The translations under genes were made by a program, and so were the position numbers. A stretch of DNA of 55,763 nucleotides, filler included, from Catajapyx aquilonaris (taxonomy: Eukaryota), in assembly GCA_000934665.2 (NCBI GenBank). It is 2 parts of 2 records of this genome, joined end to end, with 100 filler letters (N's around TTAATTAATTAA, not from the genome) between each part and the next. Parts side by side here need not be neighbours in the genome. Positions count along the whole stretch, not along the records: positions 27,909 to 55,763 come from KZ539263.1; 1 more part is not named here. One strand, written 5' to 3'. The notes under the pieces are model-generated. The model was not told the DNA's origin, searched no databases, and was given only the letters and a program-made list of their open reading frames with translations. Shown piece after piece: positions 49,201 to 55,763 of the stretch. The first letter of the stretch is position 1, and each line of letters opens with the position of its first letter.

Positions 49201-51238
49201 GTTCTACATATCGGATATTTTAAGTCATACAAAAAATGAACAATGTATAATCCTTTCATGAGAGAAAATAAAGTGTTTGAAAGAATCATGTCGCATCCCG
49301 GCAATAACAGGGGCACAAGTCCAAAAATGACGATTTTGACTTATTACTAGAGCAGGGTCCATGACCGTGTGCACATTCAGAATGCATATTCTGATTTTAA
49401 ATAATTAATAATTAATAATTCTAATTATTCGAATGCTGAATCAATACCTGATTTATGATAACACTATACCAACACTATACAACTTTCAAAGTGCTCTCCT
49501 GTGAAATTGACTTTTTGGACTTGTGCTCCTGTTATTGCCGGGATGCAATGTGTACTCTGCACTTACCTGAGTAGCAATAGTGCACCAACCCAAAGAGGGC
49601 ATCAGGGTCCATGTCACGCATAACAATCTCACTTTGCGTAGCTTCACGCATATCACTGGTGAACATACCAGCAAAATAGTCAGAGGCAGCGCTCAGCACC
49701 AACCGATGGGCTGGTATATGCCGGGTGCCTGAAACAATGTAGGTACCAGAGTCCATCACAAAGAGCTGTACAATAATATCAGGTCCATCAGCAACAGGAT
49801 ATGACAAGTTCACTAGCTAGTCTGGCAATGGTGTGGCAATGCAGGATTGAGTCGCAGGTTGCTGAATTTACAAATAATGTAATTAAGACATTTTTTGAGC
49901 ATACACACACTCGAAAGTTATGCTGTGGTGGTAATTTAATTGGCAGTCACATACTCCTAGGATCAAAAAGGTCCCAGAAGTCACATTACTCGCCTACCTT
50001 TAGAAGTAGAGAGACGCGCACGTAATCCTAATAATTAGTCGGTGTGCCAAGTGGCATTATCCTGTGTACATCTAAACGTGTCTCGCACGTTGTGAACCCA
50101 CAGTACGTCTCCTCGTCATTCCACAATGGCCACGCATATGTTTATACGTACAGATATGCTTGAAGCTCGGGGAAATATTCAACTGAGACACTAGGAAAGC
50201 TTCATCAGGCTTCTGGTGATCAAGCTTTAGGCCATAAGCACAGTGTTTTGAGTCACAATTGCCTTTCAAGTGTGGTCAATGTCTGTTGAAGGTTATGGGC
50301 ACTTTGGAAAAGAACCCCTGAAAATGTTTAAAACTTTTGATAAATCATTTATGAGGACCCTCTCCATACCATTTGTGAGATCTGTGACAGAGATGAGATT
50401 CAGTTCCAGGTCATTCGTACGCACAAAATGAAAATGCAATGTCGTGTGTCCCCGGGCTCCTGACACTGACCAGAAACAGCGGCACCTCGATGTGTCCAGG
50501 AGCTTTGAGAAACCGTCAATGGCAACTCAACTTTCATAAAAGGTGATGACAGTTGTCGTGGAAATCTTTCCAGTGGAAAAGCCAACTTTCATCAACTGTG
50601 ATCCACACTTACATAGCAGTGCTAGTTTTTGTCAGATCACAGGATTGAGGAGTAGACTTACCACGAGTTCACAAAAGCGCGTGTGAGAAGCGTTCAGATG
50701 TACACAGGACAATGCCACTTGGCATACTGAATCATTAGGATTATGTGAAGATACAGCTAAAAGCGCATCTCTCTACTTCTCAAGGTAGCCGAGTAATCTG
50801 TGAATTCCTGGAACTTTTTGATCCTACTATGTATATTACTGCGCATGGAAACTGATCTGCCAGCATAGATCTCATGTTCCTGGCTGTCATTAATTTATAA
50901 AGCTCCCTCTTACAGTAACAGACATGGCTTTCATAGTAAAATATTGCAAATTTTATTCATAAAATAATTTTCATTCACCAATGTTATATATAGCACACTG
51001 TATAATGACCATGGAAACATGGAAGAACTTGGATTTTTTTTTTACCTGCAATAAGCGTGACATCTGTTAGTTGACTCTGCATGAAGTACATCTCCATTTT
51101 GTTTAAACTAGTCTCTGCATGCCGACAGGAACGAAAACAGTCATATGTTGGTGTAGTGTTAGAAAAGGGTAGGGTCTCCAGAGCAGGGGGCAGCTCTTTG
51201 CTTCGCCCAATAGAGTAGTTGTAAGGCGGTGAATCCAT
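42429..51238 (-). CDS. KLHL5: Kelch-like protein (BTB-BACK-6xKelch; KLHL1/4/5 group, KLHL5-like), ~597 aa. Exons 51046-51238, 49567-49728, 48782-49095, 48431-48526, 44001-44415, 43066-43228, 42621-43005, 42429-42494
   Basis: [44 protein letters not shown]...[35 protein letters not shown]; Kelch repeats [78 protein letters not shown]; terminal [21 protein letters not shown]. Exon lengths sum to 1794 nt. An acceptor at 51245 shows at least one further upstream exon, so the start codon is tentative. Confidence 0.93.
43465..43949. mobile_element. PIF/Harbinger-type MITE
   Basis: TTA|AGGGCGGTATCCACTGCTCAATTTCAAGG ... CCTTGAAATTGAGCAGTGGATACCGCCCT|TTA. Confidence 0.9.
45563..46768. mobile_element. 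1.2-kb fold-back element with an 8-bp TSD (P/Galileo-like or hAT)
   Basis: gttgagat|CTTAGACCATAT...ATATGGTCTAAG|gttgagat. Arms of ~520 bp, nearly identical over ~450 bp, surround an (AAT)n-(GCA)n-(ATT)n centre. Confidence 0.93.
46891..47609. mobile_element. TA-flanked MITE with long (~250 bp) imperfect TIRs
   Basis: TA|CAAGGGCCAGTTGGGAAATAAGTTTCG ... CGAAACCTATTTTCCGACTAGCCCTTG|TA; inner cccacattccaccaggaaaagtcatgccagacag is inverted at 47372-47408. Confidence 0.85.
49958..50826. mobile_element. Non-autonomous TIR element (probably Tc1/mariner-derived)
   Basis: TAGGATCAAAAAG...AGAAGTAGAGAGA...GCCAAGTGGCATT / AATGCCACTTGGC...TCTCTCTACTTCT...CTTTTTGATCCTA. Confidence 0.8.
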
Positions 51239-52283
51239 ATGAAATCTGCAAATAGCAATACATATCATAAATAAATGGATGTTCCTTTGTTACAAACTAA
51301 TTTGTGCGGAACTTCACATATGAAGTTGAATTACCTAACACCCTAATGAGAAAAAAAACACAATCCCCATACAGCACTTTCTACCTGAATCACTTCATAA
51401 AATAATTGCCCATTGAAAATCAGAAAGTTTTCTGGTATGATGGTTGGTCTGCAATAATAATTCATATCAAGACACTACATATGCAGGGGAATGGGCCTAT
51501 AATTCTGTCACATTCTTGTTACCTCTTAACTAGCATAGAAAGGTTAAAAAATAAAGTTTTGCAACAGAAAAACACTTTTCATTTACCCTATTTCCTTGCA
51601 AATAACAGCCTGCCGGTGGACCCTGAGAGAGTCAGCCAACCAATGTAAAGTGGGGTAATTTTCATGACTCCCTTCTTTCCTTGAAAACTATTTATTTTAA
51701 TTTTAACCACTTTCGAATGTCTGCAAATGCCATGTGTGAAGGAGCAAAATGATTTCCAGGTTAGAAATGAAGTGTAAATGTGAACTTGTAACTTGTAACA
51801 ATACAGCAAAACCTGTCTTAAGTAGTGATATGAATTTGGCATAAGGTAACAAGCATATTCCAAGAAGCAGCAGCTTTATGCAAAATATGTTGCATCACGG
51901 TAGTAACCATTATCCATGTATAGCCTTCATTACAAAAAGTCAAATAAAATATGTGCCTTTAGTGACTTGTCTAGTGACTTGTAACAACACATATTAATGT
52001 AAATCTCTCATTATGCATTTTACGTATTAATAACAAGTAATCAGATAATTTCTCCATCATTTGTATTGGGACGACTGGAGCTCCCTATATGAATACAAGG
52101 CAATTTAAATAATGCTGAATCTGATTATGTTAAAGCAGCATTACTTGGAGGAAGGGAAACACTCTCGGAGACAGTTTGTCACCAAACTCGAAATCAAAAT
52201 ACAGTTGCCATAACAGACTTGACTATATCAGATTCTTGGTTACAGCAGACATGAAAGGCTGGTCCCGCCATACTTTCATATTA

Positions 52284-52584
52284 TCTATATAAATAAAGCT
52301 GTTTGTGAGTCTGTCGTCTCTGTCCCAGTGTTGCCAACTCAGCGGTTTTGTAGCTAGATCTGGCTTTTTTGTGGTAGCGGTTTTTAGAGCAGGATACGGC
52401 GACATCTGAAAGTTGGAGTTGGCAACGCTGCTCTGTCCGCCTGCCAACCATCATTTGCCTGCCATCTGCCGTCCGGGTGGGAAGGTCGGGAGGGTTGCAG
52501 CTGAGGCGGGATTTTGACGGGGTTACTGGCAGGTGTTTTCCCTTCATTCATTTCTTCCCGGGCAACGCTGGGTGCCGCATCTAG
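52284..52584 (+). mobile_element. Non-autonomous mini-Helitron
   Basis: A|TCTATATAAATAAAGC...CCCGGGCAACGCTGGG-TGCCGCAT-CTAG|T. Confidence 0.88.
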
Positions 52585-52623
52585 TTATTCCATAAACTTT
52601 GTAACAGCTACCTTTACAGGTTA

Positions 52624-54144
52624 CACTGTTCGACAAGGGTATTTTTTCTCGGGTTATGATATGTGTTTCAATAAGTGTTTTCCTCGCTGATTCCAAATCT
52701 GTAAGTAGAATTGTGCTGCCAGACACAGTTTTTGAGATATATCGTTTTAAAACTTTGAAAGGTTTATACTAGGGGTCTTTCCCAATCAAGTGGGCCTAAA
52801 TGTTGCTAGACCGTCTCGGATCTTGATGAAAATCATGGCAGATGTACTAAACTATTCCTTAATGCCGCTTATAAAGTTTCAGCCATATTGTGAAATATGA
52901 GGAAAGAAATCGTAAAAATATGGAAATTTCTGAAAATGAGGCCTTTTTTGGAGAAGTTTTTCCGGTTAGTGGAAGTGGTCAAAAGCCAATGCACATATAC
53001 AGGTACAAAAAAAAGAGAAATACCAGGAAAATGCGCCAATGGAATTAGTTTTCCTCTAAAATGCAAACATAATTTTTTACAGCATTTCATTGGTCACTTG
53101 CTCAGTCACATGCCCAAGAATAATTGTGACCTGGATGTATTTGCGTTACAGCAGTCATATTTGGTGACACTAGTTGCGACCATACGGTTCATTATGTAAG
53201 TTTGAGGCCTGGGTCATGCATGGTTCACGAAAAAATTATATATATGCTTTGCAGATATACCATTAATTTCACTGTTATACATAAGACTTTTGTGTTCTTT
53301 CTGAAGCTGTGAATAGTGATTCTTATACCCTGATTCCAAATCTGTACTTAGAATTGTACTGTGCCTGACAGCACAATTCTAAGTACAGATTTGGAATCAG
53401 GGCGAAAAGTACTATATGAATCACTATTCACAGCTTCAGAAAGAACACAAAAGTCTTCTGGAGAGCAGTGAAATTAATGATATATCTGCAAAACATATCT
53501 ATTATTATTTTCTCGTGAACCATGCATGACCCAGGCCTCAAACTTATCATACTGAACCTCATGTCGGTCACAACTAGTGTCACCAAATATGACTGATGTA
53601 ATGCAAATACATCACTAATTGTTGAGGTCACAATTCTTGGGCATGTGACTGAGCAAGTGACCAATGAAATGCTATAAGAATTTATTTTTACATTTTAGAG
53701 GAAAACCAATTCCATAGGCGCATTTTCCTGGTATTTCTCTTTTTTTTGTACCTGTATATGTGCATTGTGTTTTGACCACTTCCACTAACAGAAAAAAAAT
53801 CTCCAAAATAGGCCTCATTTTCAGCCAATTGCTGATTTTTGCGATTTTTTCCCTCATCATGGTATTGCACAATATGGCTGAAACTTTACAAGCAGCACTA
53901 AGGAATAGCTTAGTACATCTGCGATTATTTTCATCCAGATCCGAGACGGTCTCGCAACATTTAGGCCCACTTGATTCAGAAAGACCCCTAGCAAACCGTT
54001 CCAAACTTTAAAACGATATATCTCAAAAATTGTGGCTGACAGAAACCTTCTGAGCACATATTAGGATTCAGCGCAGAAATTACAATAGGAATCACTATTC
54101 ACATCCTCAGAAAATAGGAAAAAGTGTAATTTTGTAGAACAGTG
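52624..54144. mobile_element. 1.5-kb palindromic non-autonomous element with Chapaev3-like ends
   Basis: TTA|CACTGTTC...GAACAGTG|TTA (CAC/GTG ends, 3-bp TWA TSD). The two halves are diverged inverted copies meeting at ~53365. Confidence 0.8.
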
Positions 54145-55763
54145 TTATCCAAAATGTGAGTTATTAATATATATTAGATTGAATGGATGCATCCTTAGTA
54201 ATTACTGCAGAAGGGTCTGATAAGTCCAACCATTGACCTCAAGTGTCGGTTAATAAAAAAGGGTCATTTTGCAAAAAAAATCTCCATCACTGATCTGTCA
54301 TCATCATTTTTCGAAAAATTCCGCTGGATATGAAATCAGCTACTCAATGACTCCCAATTCCCAAGTACTAATTTATGCCAATCCAGTAAGAAACGGATTT
54401 TGACCAGCAATTACAGGTTTCTCCCATTGTGCATCATGGGAATTCCATAGTGACCTTTTTCTCCCTGGAGACCTTGAACTAAAGTTATGATAAAAGGCCA
54501 TTCACCATCATAGATTCTTTTTTGTGTGGTTGGGTCATGACTACAAAATAACATTTTCACTAGTTATTGCATGTAACATTGATTTCAATGAATAAGGTGA
54601 AGTAATGATTATATGATTACTACTCTGGCAATATTTGTCAGAATTCTTGGGTTATAAATGTGTGGCGCAATTTATTTCCGATTTGAATTAATTTCCGAAT
54701 TGCACCATTCTGGTGAATTGAAATGAAGTAAATGTGAGGCAGCTGAATGTGAATGGAACTGAATGAAAATTAGTGGAAAATAAACGAAGATAACTGGGGT
54801 AAATTGGAAAATTAATATAAAGTTGGCTGAATTGGAAGTTATAAGGACTCATTTAAATTCATATTGAATTAATGAGCAAGTGCAGAGAAATCGTGTCATT
54901 TGAAAGGAGTGGAATGTGTCATTTAGGGACACCACGCCTTCAGCATGCTTAAATTTTTCATGAAAATCCTCAACAACTGCCACTGTGTAACAAGGTAGAA
55001 GAATCGTATTTTAATGGAGAATTGAATTGAAGGGAAATTACAATACTGAATGGAATGGGAAGCAAGTGCCCAATGAATTATTGAGCAAATCTATTTTCAA
55101 ATGAATTGTGCCCACCACTGATTTGAAGAAATTAAATATGAACCTGTCTACTCTGTGGTCATCCTGTAGGTCAGTTACCTCCTATGACAATTTGTATCCC
55201 CCATAGTTTACACCCAATGGCAGCTGGAGTGATTTATGAGTGAAAAGTGTATCAGCCACATTTTAGCCTCTAGATTTGCACGAGAATTACACATCTGTCC
55301 ACAACCAAAAATGTTTCAGGCTCAGTAAAAGACAACCCTACCCTATTCCCTCGATAATTTTTCTGCTCCCTAGTCGTAACCCTCAACTGAACCCCCACCT
55401 TTCTTATGGTGTATGTTGCCAGTTGATCTGGCCATTTTAATAACGAATGACAACGCAATACAGGAACGTCCTTAACTATAATTAAACCACATTTAACTTG
55501 ATATCAAGCAAATTCAATGGTCACACTCAGTAGGGTAATACTTAAAAACACAGATTATACAGGTGCAGTCATTAAGTTCGAAGCCCGAATTAAATCTCGG
55601 CTCCCATTTAACATATCACGGCCAAATATTTATGGCACATCGAGAGACTCTTTAGGGTGCAGAGGAAAAAAAATTAGGGCGCTGGCTCATATTCGATAAT
55701 AGTTCTGGTCGTTTTCCCGAGAGGGCGCGCGGGAGTTCGGCGATGAGAATAAATAACACAAAA

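Noticed and set aside
52869..54057. Paired similar ORFs on opposite strands
   Set aside because: A consequence of the palindromic element; stops and frames differ between the arms and there are no transposase motifs.

Overview
This is eukaryotic genomic DNA, probably arthropod, with GT-AG introns and dense transposon content. It is not one contiguous locus: a 100-bp artificial spacer (N44-TTAATTAATTAA-N44, 27809-27908) joins two separate contigs. The left contig carries a compact PALB2-like gene (- strand; FxLPxxDFG motif plus C-terminal WD40; runs off the window start) head-to-head with the first three exons of eRF3/GSPT (+ strand, cut off by the spacer). The right contig carries a complete 8-exon BTB-BACK-Kelch gene (KLHL5-like, ~597 aa, - strand) followed by a TGFBI/periostin-like gene (signal peptide, EMI, FAS1 domains; - strand, cut off by the spacer). 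I assembled all exons by hand and checked splice phases. Introns and intergenic DNA hold decayed mariner/Tc1/pogo copies, a Helitron and two mini-Helitrons, two tRNA-SINE families (one with a V-SINE-like core), and many MITEs and fold-backs with hAT-, P-, piggyBac-, Harbinger- and Chapaev3-type ends. I see no prokaryote-type system, CRISPR array, rRNA or true tRNA. The best leads are the divergent PALB2 candidate, a possible double stop-codon readthrough in the Kelch gene, and the large intronic fold-back elements. Family assignments come from recalled motifs, not database searches.
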